DNA from: an uncultured Phycisphaerales bacterium | GTDB taxonomy: Bacteria; Planctomycetota; Phycisphaerae; Phycisphaerales; SM1A02 | DNA length: 18,016 nt | Direction: 5' to 3' | Assembly (NCBI GenBank): GCA_938084645.1 | Contig: CALKEP010000084.1 | Coordinates: 1 to 18,016, forward strand | Shown here: in pieces, positions 1 to 9,700 of the stretch | Numbering within the stretch: position 1 is the stretch's first letter | Layout: every line of letters begins with the position of its first letter | Made by a program: the position numbers and the translations under genes | Notes under the pieces: generated by a model | Database searches by the model: none | What the model was told of the DNA's origin: nothing | Seen by the model: only the letters and a program-made list of their open reading frames with translations

Positions 1-1532
1 TGCGCCGCCTGCCAGGATTCGTCACGCCCGAGTTCCGCCGCGAGGATCGCGGCCGCACGAGGCGCCGCTTCGATCGCCGCGGAGGCGTCCAACAGGAGCG
101 ACCGGGTTCGCCGTGCCAGCGCGTCGTCGAGATCGAGCGCCATCTCCTCCCGAGCGGCCCAGGCGATCTCCGCCCCGGTGTACGGGAGATCGGCGTGCAA
201 CGGTTTCGCGAGCTCCGGATCCGACGCCGCGATCTCGAGGATGCCCGCCGCGTCACTCCCGTACATGCGATGCGGATCGTGGGCCGGCAGCGCCGGATCG
301 TCACGTTCGAGGGCCCCATGGACCTTCAGCTCCTCGGTGATGCACGGACGCTCGTCGAGCCCGCCGATCGCGGTCGCCTGCTTCAGCGTGTCCTCGGCCA
401 TCTTCCGATAGGTCGTCCACTTCCCGCCCACGATGGTGACCACCCCGGCGGTGCTCACGAAGACCTCGTGGTTCCGGGAGATCGACTTGGAGTTCCCGGT
501 GTTCCCACCGGGATGAACGAGCGGGCGCTGGCCGGCGAAGACCGACTTCACGTCGGCGTGCTGGGGATCGCGGGCGAGATAGCGATTCGCGTTCCGAAGG
601 ATGAATTCGATCTCGTCGGGAAGCGCCCTCGGCTCGAGATCCGCGGCGGGCATCGGGGTGTCCGTGGTGCCGACCACCACGCGCCCGTGCCAGGGAATCA
701 CGAAGAGCACGCGACCGTCGTCGGTGTGCGGGACCATGATCGCGGTGTCGGACGGCTGGAAACTCCGGTCCAGCACGAGGTGGACCCCCTGCGCGGGCTC
801 GATCACCGAATCACACTCGGGCTCGTCCATCCGACGGACCTCGTCGGCGAAGATGCCGCACGCGTTGATCACGACCTTCGCCCGGATCTCGAACTCGACG
901 CCCCCGCCCGGCCCCTCGAGATCCACCGCACGGACGCCGACGCAGTGATCACCCTCCTTCAGCAGGCCGACCACCCGACACCGGTTCGCGACCGCGGCGC
1001 CATGGTCGACCGCGGTCATCGCGAGGGCGGTCGCCATCCGCGCATCGTCGAACTGGCCGTCGTGGTAGCGAACCCCACCCTTGAGATCCTTCTTCTCCAC
1101 GTTCGGAATCTCGGCGATGGTCTCGTCGGCATCGAGCATTCGACTCGGCGCGAGGTTCAACTTGCCGGCGAGCAGGTCGTACGCCTTCAGGCCCGCGCCG
1201 TAGAACGGCCCTTCCCACCACTTGTATCGGGGGACGATGAATGGAAGATCGCGGACGATGTGCGGCGCGTTGCGATAGAAGATGCCGCGTTCCCGAAGCG
1301 CTTCCGTCACCAGCGAGATGTCCATCTGCTCGAGGTAGCGAACGCCTCCGTGCACCAGTTTGGTGCTGCGACTGCTGGTGGCCTTCGCGAAGTCCTCCGC
1401 CTCCAGCAGCGCGGTGCGGTAGCCCCGGCTCGCGGCGTCGACCGCGACCCCGAGCCCGGTCGCACCACCACCGACCACGAGGATCTCGAATTCCTCACCC
1501 TGCAGTCGCTCGATCATCAAGTCGCGATTCAT
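1..1532 (-). CDS. glpD: FAD-dependent glycerol-3-phosphate dehydrogenase (3' end runs off the window)
   Basis: Not in the ORF track; translated by hand from ATG 1532: [69 protein letters not shown] (GxGxxG FAD motif and the [16 protein letters not shown]lpD signature). The same frame reads [11 protein letters not shown] near position 100. ATGA overlap with the glpK stop. Confidence 0.95.
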   Translation of the reverse strand, partial: MNRDLMIERLQGEEFEILVVGGGATGLGVAVDAASRGYRTALLEAEDFAKATSSRSTKLVHGGVRYLEQMDISLVTEALRERGIFYRNAPHIVRDLPFIVPRYKWWEGPFYGAGLKAYDLLAGKLNLAPSRMLDADETIAEIPNVEKKDLKGGVRYHDGQFDDARMATALAMTAVDHGAAVANRCRVVGLLKEGDHCVGVRAVDLEGPGGGVEFEIRAKVVINACGIFADEVRRMDEPECDSVIEPAQGVHLVLDRSFQPSDTAIMVPHTDDGRVLFVIPWHGRVVVGTTDTPMPAADLEPRALPDEIEFILRNANRYLARDPQHADVKSVFAGQRPLVHPGGNTGNSKSISRNHEVFVSTAGVVTIVGGKWTTYRKMAEDTLKQATAIGGLDERPCITEELKVHGALERDDPALPAHDPHRMYGSDAAGILEIAASDPELAKPLHADLPYTGAEIAWAAREEMALDLDDALARRTRSLLLDASAAIEAAPRAAAILAAELGRDESWQAA

Positions 1533-3034
1533 TCCTCGTCCTCCATCCAGTCGAGCGTCCGCTCGACGGCTTTCTTCCACCAGTGCATGAGCTTCGATCG
1601 TTCCGATGCTTCCATCGACGGCTCGAAGACCCGATCGATCTCACGATGCGACTCCAGTTCCGCGAGGTCCTTCCAGACCCCGGTCGCCAGTCCCGCCATG
1701 TACGCCGCGCCGGCGGCGGTCGACTCGGTCACGACCGGACGCTCGACCGGCACCCCGAGCAGGTCCGCCTGGAACTGCATCAGCAGGTCGCTGGCACACG
1801 CCCCACCGTCGACCCGCATGCGCTCGATCGGGATCCCGCTGTCCGCGGTCATGCAACCGAGAATCTCGTTCGAACGATAGGCGAGGCTTCGCAACGTGCC
1901 GAGCGCGACATGAGCGTCGGTCGACCCCCGGGTCAGGCCGAGCACCGCGCCGCGGGCGTTGGGATTCCAGTACGGCGCGCCGAGTCCGGCGAACGCCGGC
2001 ACCACCATCACGCCACCGGTGTCCGCGACGGAGCCCGCGAGTTCGTTGACCGCGGGCGCCGACTTGATGATCTTCAGTCCGTCCCGCAACCACTGGATCG
2101 CCGCCCCCGCGATGAAGACGCTTCCCTCGAGCGCGTATTCCAGGGGGCCGTCGCCGATCCGCCACGCGACGGTCGTGAGCATCCGGGAGGGACTCGGCTT
2201 CGCGACCGTTCCCGTGTTCATCAGCATGAAACAGCCGGTGCCGTAGGTGTTCTTCACCATGCCGTCGTGGGTGCAGAGCTGCCCGAAGAGCGCGGCCTGC
2301 TGGTCCCCCACGATGCCTGCGATGGGAATCGATGCTCCGAGCAGATCCGGGGTGGCGGTTCCCGCGACCCCGCTCGACGCCACGACATCGGGCAGGATCT
2401 CCCGCGGCACGTCGAGCAGCGTCAGCAGGGCTTCGTCCCATTCTCCTTCGTGGATGTTCCAGAGCAGGGTGCGACATGCGTTGCTCGGATCGGTCGCGTG
2501 CACCGCCCCGCCGGTGAGTTTCCAGAGCAGCCAGCAATCGATGGTGCCCGCGGCGAGTTCGCCGCGGGACGCTCGCTCGCGGGCCCCCGGCACCTCGTCG
2601 AGGATCCACTTCAGCTTGCTTCCGGAGAAGTACGGGTCGAGCACGAGGCCGGTGCGGGCCTGGACATCGGGCTCGTGTCCCGCCGACCGCAACGACTCCG
2701 TGAAGTCACTGGTACGTCGGTCCTGCCAGACGATCGCCCGATGGATCGGCTCGCCGGTCGAGCGATCCCACACCACGATGGTCTCCCGCTGGTTGGTGAT
2801 GCCGATCGCCGCGATCTCGGAGGCGTCGATACCCGCCTTCGCGATGGCTTCGCGGGCGGTGCCGAGCTGCTTCTCCCAGATCTCGGTCGCATCGTGTTCG
2901 ACCAGACCGGGGCGGGGAAAATGCTGGGTGAATTCGGTCTGGGCGACCGCCTTCATCCCGCCGTCCGGATCGAAGACGATCGAACGGCAGCTGCTGGTTC
3001 CCTCGTCGAGGGCGAGTACGTATCTTCCGGACAT
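1529..3034 (-). CDS. glpK: Glycerol kinase
   Basis: [64 protein letters not shown] and RVDGG are FGGY/GlpK motifs. Start set at ATG 3034 with SD GGAGG (3043-3047), not the ORF-track start 3466. Confidence 0.96.
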   Translation of the reverse strand: MSGRYVLALDEGTSSCRSIVFDPDGGMKAVAQTEFTQHFPRPGLVEHDATEIWEKQLGTAREAIAKAGIDASEIAAIGITNQRETIVVWDRSTGEPIHRAIVWQDRRTSDFTESLRSAGHEPDVQARTGLVLDPYFSGSKLKWILDEVPGARERASRGELAAGTIDCWLLWKLTGGAVHATDPSNACRTLLWNIHEGEWDEALLTLLDVPREILPDVVASSGVAGTATPDLLGASIPIAGIVGDQQAALFGQLCTHDGMVKNTYGTGCFMLMNTGTVAKPSPSRMLTTVAWRIGDGPLEYALEGSVFIAGAAIQWLRDGLKIIKSAPAVNELAGSVADTGGVMVVPAFAGLGAPYWNPNARGAVLGLTRGSTDAHVALGTLRSLAYRSNEILGCMTADSGIPIERMRVDGGACASDLLMQFQADLLGVPVERPVVTESTAAGAAYMAGLATGVWKDLAELESHREIDRVFEPSMEASERSKLMHWWKKAVERTLDWMEDEE

Positions 3035-3054
3035 CGGTGGTTCCTCCGAGAACC

Positions 3055-3060
3055 ATCCTA
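3055..3060 (-). promoter_or_regulatory. Putative -10 element (TAGGAT) for glpK-glpD
   Basis: TANNNT hexamer just upstream of the glpK SD; no clear -35. Confidence 0.35.
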
Positions 3061-3125
3061 CGAACTTCGCACCAGCATGCCCCTCGCCGATCTCCCCGAC
3101 CATCCGCGAGGCGATCCGGATCGCA

Positions 3126-5567
3126 TCAGCCGTCCCCGTCGACTCGGCGACGCTGTTCCTCGGACAACGTCGAGCGCACTCGATTGCGCAGCCGCTCCCG
3201 CAACTCGTCACGCTGGAAGACCAGCTTCCCCAGTTCCTGTGCGACCGCCTGCTCGCCGTCGTAGCGGGTGCTGACGCCGCCCTCGATCTCCTCGATCTCG
3301 GGCATGCGCGACGAGTCGAGCCGGAGCGTTCGAGCCCGAGCCACCAGATCCAGCTCGCGTCGGAGATGCTCGCGAAGAATCGTGGCAAGGGTCTCGATCT
3401 GGTCGGGCTCGAGATCCGGGAGCCGCAGGGCGCGCCGCACGACGCCGGCCGTCCGGTCGCCCGCACCGGCGTGCATCCCCCGGTCGGCCACTTCGAATTC
3501 CAGTTCGATCGACGACAGTGGATCGAGCGACGGCACGACGGTTTCGAGCAGCGCGACTTCGATCCGCGCGCGTCGCCGTTCGCGATCGCCGAGAATCTCC
3601 AGGGCTCGCCGGTTCACCGCCCTCGTGAAAGTCAGGTAGTCGATCTTCTTCTCGTGGTACGCCACCGAATCGAGGATGTCCTGTCGAGCGGTGGCGATCC
3701 GATCCGTGTCGACGCCGGAATAGACCTCGAGCAGGACGGGAACCTCCGGCCGCAACGCGTTGATCGCGTTCGCACGGGTCGTCGGATCGAAGTCCATCCC
3801 CTCGATGATCTCGAACGGGCTCGCCTCCGGCGCACTCGTGGCCGACCGCCCCGTCGCGGAGAGTGGTTCGACGTCGACCGCCCGATCGAAGATCCGCTGG
3901 AGCCGAACCGCCTGGAGCCCCTCGGGCGTGATCGACGTCCCGAAGGCCGCGGCGAAGTCGTCGAAGAGCCGCTCGTCGAGCCGACGCGTCGCCTCGACGG
4001 CGGCGAGATACTCGTCGTTCCGGAGGAGGGCCTCCTTGCCGAACGCGTCGCTGTCCTCGTACGGGGTCCGGGCCGCCGCGACCTCGAGGATCGGCGCGAC
4101 CTCGCCGGACCAGGCATCGAGGTAGTCGACGTGCAACGATCGGGCCACGTCCCGATCGACGGCCTCGAGGGCGAGCAGGTCGAGCATCAGTTCCAGTTCG
4201 TCGACCGCGATGGGGTTCACGATCCGGAAGGTCGATCCGACCTGCCCTGCCTCCGGACGCGCCTCAACGACCACCACGCCAACCCCGGCACGACTTCCGT
4301 CCCGCTCCGCGTCACCCGCGGTCTCCCGGCCGGCGAGATCCGCCATCAGCGCCTCCCGCGACGCCTCGGGAAGCAAGGCGAGCAACGACTCGGTCGTCCT
4401 GGCGCTCAACGCCTGTCGCGAGCGTGCCACCGTCTCGAGCTCGTCTGAGAGCCCCAGACCGTTCTCCAGCCCCGCCTGCTCGAAGATCAACCGCATGATC
4501 TCGCGTCCCAAATCGATCATCTGGTCCGTCAATCGATCGTCGCTGCGATACCACGCCGACAGGATGTCGTCGACGGCCACGCGGTCCATCGAGTCCTCGG
4601 GCAGCATCCCCCGCACCCGCGCCGCGATCGCCTCCACGCCCGGACCGTCGCCCCCGATCTCGAAACCGATGTGGGCCTCGGGGAAGGCCCTCGTCGCCCA
4701 GCGACGCTTGATCTTCCTCCATCGGGATGGTTCGAGCCGATCGCGGAGCAGTCGGGCGGCGGCGATCTCTCGATCCATGAGCTTCACCCGGGCATCGGAG
4801 ATCTCCGCCATGGCGCCGGCATACGCCTCCGAAATCGCCTGCATGACCTCTCGACCGCGGTCGCCATCGTTCATGTCCTCCTCGGTGATGCCGCCGTAAC
4901 CCGCCTTGTCCAGTCGGCGGGCGACCTCGAGGATCGACTCGAAGGTTCCCACGGCGACATCCCTGACCAGGCGCGGCGTCGAGGACTCGAGCCCTCGCAG
5001 GACGTCGTCGACCGCGGCGACCTCCTCCGCCGTCGGCGTCAACGCCCAGAACGCATCGTCGAGCGAAGTGTCGCGGAGCGAAAGCCCCCCCATGACCGAG
5101 GCGGCGTCGGCCTGCCGCCGGCGCACCAGCCGTGCGCGATCGACGCCGTCGGCGGCGTCCTCGCCGAGGGCCGCCGTCACGGAAGCGAACAACTGCTCGT
5201 CGAGTCGATGCACCCGCCCCAACACCGACCTCCAGGCGTCGAAGTAGCGTTCAAGCTGCTTCAGCGAGGGCATCATGCCGGTGTTGGACGCCCGAAGCTC
5301 GCGACTGATCGCGAGCAACTCGGCGATGGGCCCGTCCCGAAGCGCCTCGAAGTCCCGCAGGTAGTCGTCGTGAATCGCTTCGATCAGCAGTGCGTCGGAA
5401 TCGTCCAAGTCGAGGTACCGATCGAACAACGCCCCCGTCTCGCGAAGTCCGAGCGGATCCGGAACCTCGCCCGCCGCCCCCTGGCCGCAGGCCACGCCAC
5501 GAATCACGAGCATCGCCACCGCGATCAGGAGAGGCTTGAACAGGTTGTTCATCGGATGATGCTGCAT
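3126..5567 (-). CDS. Large secreted alpha-helical hypothetical protein (~813 aa) with an internal two-fold duplication
   Basis: Long ORF with G/C-ending codons. GGGAG lies 7 nt before ATG 5567 (alternative start 5552). N-terminus [22 protein letters not shown] looks like a signal peptide. The two halves align by eye. Confidence 0.8.
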   Translation of the reverse strand: MQHHPMNNLFKPLLIAVAMLVIRGVACGQGAAGEVPDPLGLRETGALFDRYLDLDDSDALLIEAIHDDYLRDFEALRDGPIAELLAISRELRASNTGMMPSLKQLERYFDAWRSVLGRVHRLDEQLFASVTAALGEDAADGVDRARLVRRRQADAASVMGGLSLRDTSLDDAFWALTPTAEEVAAVDDVLRGLESSTPRLVRDVAVGTFESILEVARRLDKAGYGGITEEDMNDGDRGREVMQAISEAYAGAMAEISDARVKLMDREIAAARLLRDRLEPSRWRKIKRRWATRAFPEAHIGFEIGGDGPGVEAIAARVRGMLPEDSMDRVAVDDILSAWYRSDDRLTDQMIDLGREIMRLIFEQAGLENGLGLSDELETVARSRQALSARTTESLLALLPEASREALMADLAGRETAGDAERDGSRAGVGVVVVEARPEAGQVGSTFRIVNPIAVDELELMLDLLALEAVDRDVARSLHVDYLDAWSGEVAPILEVAAARTPYEDSDAFGKEALLRNDEYLAAVEATRRLDERLFDDFAAAFGTSITPEGLQAVRLQRIFDRAVDVEPLSATGRSATSAPEASPFEIIEGMDFDPTTRANAINALRPEVPVLLEVYSGVDTDRIATARQDILDSVAYHEKKIDYLTFTRAVNRRALEILGDRERRRARIEVALLETVVPSLDPLSSIELEFEVADRGMHAGAGDRTAGVVRRALRLPDLEPDQIETLATILREHLRRELDLVARARTLRLDSSRMPEIEEIEGGVSTRYDGEQAVAQELGKLVFQRDELRERLRNRVRSTLSEEQRRRVDGDG

Positions 5568-5605
5568 TTCGAGGCTCCCGGCGGCATCGCTTTCCACATC
5601 CTAAG

Positions 5606-5641
5606 AAAAACGCTCCGAGGACCTCATTGGCCCTCGGAGCG
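5606..5641 (-). terminator. Intrinsic terminator after the DinB-family gene
   Basis: Minus strand reads CGCTCCGAGG-(11 nt)-CCTCGGAGCG then TTTTT, about 20 nt after the stop at 5661. Confidence 0.75.
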
Positions 5642-5660
5642 CGGTGATTTCGACACGGAT

Positions 5661-6185
5661 TCAGGGATTCAAGGAGCCCATGCCCATGGCGCGGCGCCAG
5701 AAGCTGACCTGACCGGCGTGCATCATGATGTGGTTGTTCATCATGAAGCTCACGGCGTCGCCCCGGGTCGGAAGCATCTCCGCGAACTTGCCTTCCATGG
5801 GATTCGCCGCGGAGAACACCGCCGCGGGAACCTCCGGCAGGATGCCGATGATCGTCTCGTACCGTTCCTTCATGAACGGGAGCACGATGTCCTTGGCCGG
5901 ATAGAGCGCATCGTCACCCGAGCCGTCCTCGCCCTGGCCGAGCGGGGCGTCGTCGAACGGGCACTCCACGACGAGGTCCTCGCGGTCCAGGAATGCGCCG
6001 AGCACGCGATTGGGATAGATCGCCAGGTGCCCGTAGATGAACGCGGGATGGTTCATCCCGTCCATGCACTTGTTGTGCCAGTGATCGGCGTCGATGTCCT
6101 CCGCGAGCCCGAGGATGTATCCAAGGCTCATGGTGGATCCGCGGGCGATCGCGTTTCCGAAGGTGCTGGTGGTCAGGGTCGGCAT
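5661..6185 (-). CDS. DinB/YfiT-superfamily protein (putative metal-dependent thiol transferase-like)
   Basis: 174 aa. NHPAFIYGHLA and NHIMMHAGQVSFWRRAMG give the H...HxxxH-GQ metal-binding pattern typical of DinB-family proteins. Confidence 0.85.
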   Translation of the reverse strand: MPTLTTSTFGNAIARGSTMSLGYILGLAEDIDADHWHNKCMDGMNHPAFIYGHLAIYPNRVLGAFLDREDLVVECPFDDAPLGQGEDGSGDDALYPAKDIVLPFMKERYETIIGILPEVPAAVFSAANPMEGKFAEMLPTRGDAVSFMMNNHIMMHAGQVSFWRRAMGMGSLNP

Positions 6186-6260
6186 CGGTGGAGGCTCTCT
6201 TTCAGGTGAGCAGGTCGGGATCGATCGGGCGACGGGGAAACGACTCCCCGGGTTCGGAGG

Positions 6261-6266
6261 ATTCTA
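6261..6266 (-). promoter_or_regulatory. Putative -10 element (TAGAAT) for the DinB-family gene
   Basis: 5/6 match to TATAAT in the 123-bp intergenic region. Confidence 0.4.
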
Positions 6267-6308
6267 GCTGAACGAACCTCCGGTCTCGACCGACCAGACG
6301 CCGCATCA

Positions 6309-7406
6309 TCATCGCCCGACGATCCGATCGAACACGCCACGGGCCCAGTCGGGGTCGGTGCCCCCCTCGATGATCGCCCGCCCGTCCGCGAACATCACCA
6401 CCGAGACCGGGTCTCCGTCCGGTGATCGTTCGTCGCGGAGTCGACCCCGGATCGATCCGGCGGCCGCTTCGATCGTGCCGAGACCCGCGAGCCGGTTCGC
6501 GACGGCGTCGAGATCGATTCCGGATTCACCGGCCTCACTTCTGATCTGGACCGCATTCCGCCCGCAGAGGATCCGCGAGGACGCCGGTGGCGCGTCGAGA
6601 TGTTCGAACCGCCCCCGAACGCAGCATGGACAATCGGCGTCGGCCGACTCCGCGATTCCGAGGGATCGATTCACGTTGGTCCAGAGATCGAACGAACGAA
6701 GGGTGCGATCGACCGCCCCGACGTCTCCGACCAGAAGCTTGATCGCCTGAGTCGCCTGATGCGCCGCGACCGTCATGGTGACGGACCCCAGCACCCCCGC
6801 GGTCTCGCAGGTCGGCGTGCTGCCCGCGGGCGGCGGCGTCGGGAAGAGGCATCGCAGACATGGAGTGGCGTCCGCGTCGCGCCAACGGATCGTCGCCGAC
6901 GATCCCGGGCCGCGACGCGACAGCACCGGCATGGACATCCCCTGCGTCGCGACGCCTGCTCCGTACAGATAGGGGACACCGGTGGAGACCGCGAAGTCGT
7001 TCAGCAGATACCTCGTCTCGAAGTTGTCGAGCCCGTCCAGGATGAGATCGCATCCTTCGGCCAGCGACCCGATCGTCTCCGAATCGATCTCCTCGACGAA
7101 GGCCCGGACCCGGACGTTCGAATTGGCCTGGGCCAGGCGAAGTCGCGCGGCTTCCGCCTTCGGCGTCGACCGCGAGGCGTCCCGCTCCGTGAAGAGCGTC
7201 TGTCGCTGCAGATTGGTCGACTCGACGACATCGCGATCCACGATGACGAGGGTCCCGACGCCCGCTCGACAGAGGAGATCCGCCGCGACGGTTCCCAGGG
7301 CCCCGCAACCGGCGATGAAGACCGAACCTCGGCCGAGTCGGGCCTGGCCTTCCGCCCCGATGCCGGGCAGGCGCATCTGTCGGTGATATCGATCGAGATC
7401 CGTCAT
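6309..7406 (-). CDS. ThiF/MoeB-family E1-like adenylyltransferase
   Basis: MTDLDRYHRQ start, GCGALG nucleotide-binding loop, DRDVVESTNLQRQ, Zn ligands PCLRC and CPCC, catalytic-loop CETAGV, and a C-terminal LCGRNAVQI extension. Start moved from 7502 to ATG 7406. Confidence 0.9.
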   Translation of the reverse strand: MTDLDRYHRQMRLPGIGAEGQARLGRGSVFIAGCGALGTVAADLLCRAGVGTLVIVDRDVVESTNLQRQTLFTERDASRSTPKAEAARLRLAQANSNVRVRAFVEEIDSETIGSLAEGCDLILDGLDNFETRYLLNDFAVSTGVPYLYGAGVATQGMSMPVLSRRGPGSSATIRWRDADATPCLRCLFPTPPPAGSTPTCETAGVLGSVTMTVAAHQATQAIKLLVGDVGAVDRTLRSFDLWTNVNRSLGIAESADADCPCCVRGRFEHLDAPPASSRILCGRNAVQIRSEAGESGIDLDAVANRLAGLGTIEAAAGSIRGRLRDERSPDGDPVSVVMFADGRAIIEGGTDPDWARGVFDRIVGR

Positions 7407-7512
7407 GGAACCAGAGCGTACCCGGCCGCGGTGCGATCTCCACGGGGAACCACGACGCCTTCGTCTCCGATCAAGGAGGCGAAGGCGTCGTGAAGTGTTC
7501 AAACCGGCTGCA

Positions 7513-8124
7513 TCAGCCGCCGGGCGACGTTCGCCAGACGTCCTCGGTCGCCAGATGGCGGCCCTCCTGCAGACCCGCGTCCGCCTGCTTGGCGGGATAC
7601 CACGGTGCGACGGCGTCGATCGCGGCGAGCAGCTCGTCGGTGGCCGCCGGGTCGAGGTTCTGGGCGGCCTTCATCGCGGCCACCGTGATCCGATGGAAGG
7701 CGGCGAGCTGGCGGTGATAGCCCTCCCGCGCCGCGATGTCCGCACCGGCGGGCGCCTTCACCCGCTGGGCGACGAAGTACCACGCCACGGTGTGCTGCAG
7801 CTTCCGGCCGTGCTCCTCCTTCACCATCGCCCATCGGGCGATCGTGTTGAGGGAGGACGCGTCGACCTTCCCGGAGAGCGCGGTGATCTGCGCCGAGGCC
7901 TTTCGCATGGTCATCGCGTCGAGCCGCATGCCCTCGACCTCCGCGTGATCGTCGTAGATGCCGCACGGAACCTCGCAGTGGGCGGGCAGGGCGGAGGCGA
8001 CGCTCGAGCGGGCGGCCTCGACGACGGCCCGGACGTCGGGGGCCGCCGCATCCAGCGCGTCGACGGCGGCGTATCCTCCGAAGAGGGTGGCGATTACGGC
8101 GGACGCGATCATGGTGTTCTTCAT
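7513..8124 (-). CDS. sodN: Nickel superoxide dismutase precursor
   Basis: Ni-hook motif HCEVPCGIYD (H-C-x-x-P-C-G-x-Y) at residues 49-58, followed by a helical region with KEEH and W-Y-F residues typical of NiSOD. SD GAGGAG upstream. Hydrophobic N-terminal leader. Confidence 0.9.
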   Translation of the reverse strand: MKNTMIASAVIATLFGGYAAVDALDAAAPDVRAVVEAARSSVASALPAHCEVPCGIYDDHAEVEGMRLDAMTMRKASAQITALSGKVDASSLNTIARWAMVKEEHGRKLQHTVAWYFVAQRVKAPAGADIAAREGYHRQLAAFHRITVAAMKAAQNLDPAATDELLAAIDAVAPWYPAKQADAGLQEGRHLATEDVWRTSPGG

Positions 8125-8141
8125 GTTGGGGATCTCCTCGG

Positions 8142-8747
8142 ATGGTGAATCGGGAATCGGAGCGTAACCACGCCTCCACGAATTCGGAAGCGGACGAGTC
8201 CGCTTTCCAAAGCGGCTGGGGGGCCAACCTCTCGGAGCGACGCCGCCGGGAGGCCGTCGAACTCGTCCGCGAACGGGTCGTGGAACTCGAAGCCATGCTC
8301 GAACGGGCCGCCCCCGGCTCCGGCGTGCTCACCGGCTCCGCGACCTGCGCCGAAGTCCGGCTCGCCGACGCCGATCGTGCCCATCGCTACCTGCGGATCG
8401 CGCTCATCGCGGTCCCCGACGTGCTTCCCACGCTCCGGAGCGCCCTCGAGGACGCCGGCTTCATTCCGAGCCCCGACGGAAGCGATCTTTCGATCATTCG
8501 AATCGCGCACGCCAACGGACGGCGACCGCACTACGTCGTCTACGACGGGACCCGCGACCGACTCGATGCACCGGATGCACCGCACCCCACGAGCGAGGCC
8601 GGACGACGACTCCGAGCACGACGGCTCGCGGCCGCCACTCGAAAGCCGGCGTTCGTCGTCAGCCGCCGCCGGGAGATCGTCACCGATCGAGGCACCGAGG
8701 TGGAGACCCTCGAGGTGCAGGTCACCGACGATCTCGAGTCGGCATGA
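8142..8747 (+). CDS. Hypothetical protein (start uncertain: 8142, 8280 or 8295)
   Basis: Strong preference for G/C-ending codons in this frame; fills the gap between sodN and the GT2 gene; no motif recognised. Confidence 0.6.
   Translation: MVNRESERNHASTNSEADESAFQSGWGANLSERRRREAVELVRERVVELEAMLERAAPGSGVLTGSATCAEVRLADADRAHRYLRIALIAVPDVLPTLRSALEDAGFIPSPDGSDLSIIRIAHANGRRPHYVVYDGTRDRLDAPDAPHPTSEAGRRLRARRLAAATRKPAFVVSRRREIVTDRGTEVETLEVQVTDDLESA
8161..8205 (-). promoter_or_regulatory. Putative sodN promoter (-10 TACGCT 8161-8166, weak -35 TTCCGA 8184-8189) with an adjacent palindrome AAGCGGAC-GA-GTCCGCTT (8188-8205)
   Basis: 17-nt spacing between the hexamers; perfect 8-bp inverted repeat seen directly. 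Confidence 0.45.
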
Positions 8748-8800
8748 GCCTCGACCGGTGCGATGATTCGCCTTCACGCTCGGAGTGATAAAGTCCGCGG

Positions 8801-9595
8801 ATGAACGACACGGATCAACGCGAAGCGCCCGCGAACGGAGTCTCGATCGTGATGGCGGTGAAGGACAATCTCGAGTGGACCCGCAAGGGCATCGATTCGA
8901 TCCGAGCCAACACCAGCCACCCCTACGAACTGATCACGATCGACAACGGGTCCCAGCCGGAGACCACGGACTATCTCGCCGCCGCCTCGGATCAGTTCAT
9001 CCGGAACGATGAGAACCTCGGATGTTCGGGCGCCTGGAACCAGGGAATCCGGGCCGCCCGCATGCCCTTGGTGTGCATCGTGAACAACGACATCGAAGTA
9101 CCGACCGGCTGGCTGGAGCGGCTGGTCGCCTTCCTCCTCGAGCATGACTTCCTCATGGTCTCCCCTTCGATCCGCGAGGGCCCCTTCGACTACGACCTCG
9201 ACGCCTACAACGAGGATTTCGCCAATCGTCTCGACCATCGGGCGTTTTCTTCGGAACTGCGCGGCATCGCCATGCTCGCACGTCGATCGCTCTTCGACGA
9301 GATCGGCCTGTACGACGAGCGGTACAAGGTCGGTGGCTACGAGGACGAGGACATGTTCATGACGATCCGAAGCGTCGGCGGCGACGTCGCGACGACGAGC
9401 ACCGTCCTCCTCCACCACTACGGAAGCAAGACGCTCAGCGTCGAACAGCGATCGAACAGCTTCGACTTCAGCGCCGCGAACCGCGCCCACTTCATGCGAA
9501 AATGGCGGCACCGTTACTTCTGGCGGAAGTTCCACCGATCCCGGATGAAGTGGCGACGAGCGGGGATCCGTCGACGATTCGACGTCACCTACTGA
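8801..9595 (+). CDS. Glycosyltransferase family 2
   Basis: VSIVMAVKDN, ITIDNGS, NLGCSGAWNQGI, IVNNDIEV (DxD-equivalent) and GLYDERY..GYEDED are GT-A fold motifs. Confidence 0.9.
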   Translation: MNDTDQREAPANGVSIVMAVKDNLEWTRKGIDSIRANTSHPYELITIDNGSQPETTDYLAAASDQFIRNDENLGCSGAWNQGIRAARMPLVCIVNNDIEVPTGWLERLVAFLLEHDFLMVSPSIREGPFDYDLDAYNEDFANRLDHRAFSSELRGIAMLARRSLFDEIGLYDERYKVGGYEDEDMFMTIRSVGGDVATTSTVLLHHYGSKTLSVEQRSNSFDFSAANRAHFMRKWRHRYFWRKFHRSRMKWRRAGIRRRFDVTY

Positions 9596-9644
9596 ACGAG
9601 ACCGGAACCGGGCGTCGCCGCCCGGGATCGCGTTCGATACAGAA

Positions 9645-9675
9645 CACGAGCCGGCTCGCGGGGAGCCGGCTCGTG
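9645..9675. terminator. Hairpin terminator between the convergent GT2 and rpsG genes (possibly bidirectional)
   Basis: 13-bp perfect stem CACGAGCCGGCTC-GCGGG-GAGCCGGCTCGTG; TTCTGT follows on the minus strand and GTTCGTT on the plus strand. Confidence 0.7.
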
Positions 9676-9700
9676 GTTCGTTCGTGGTTTCACCGCTCGA

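Noticed and set aside
3035..3466. Apparent 144-aa N-terminal extension of GlpK in the ORF track
   Set aside because: It overlaps the upstream gene in another frame. The SD and family homology both begin at ATG 3034.
195..6209. Very long plus-strand ORFs (195-1880, 1241-3274, 2247-4448, 4671-6209)
   Set aside because: Antisense or alternate-frame shadows of glpD, glpK and neighbouring genes. Stop codons are scarce at this GC content and the translations show no motifs.
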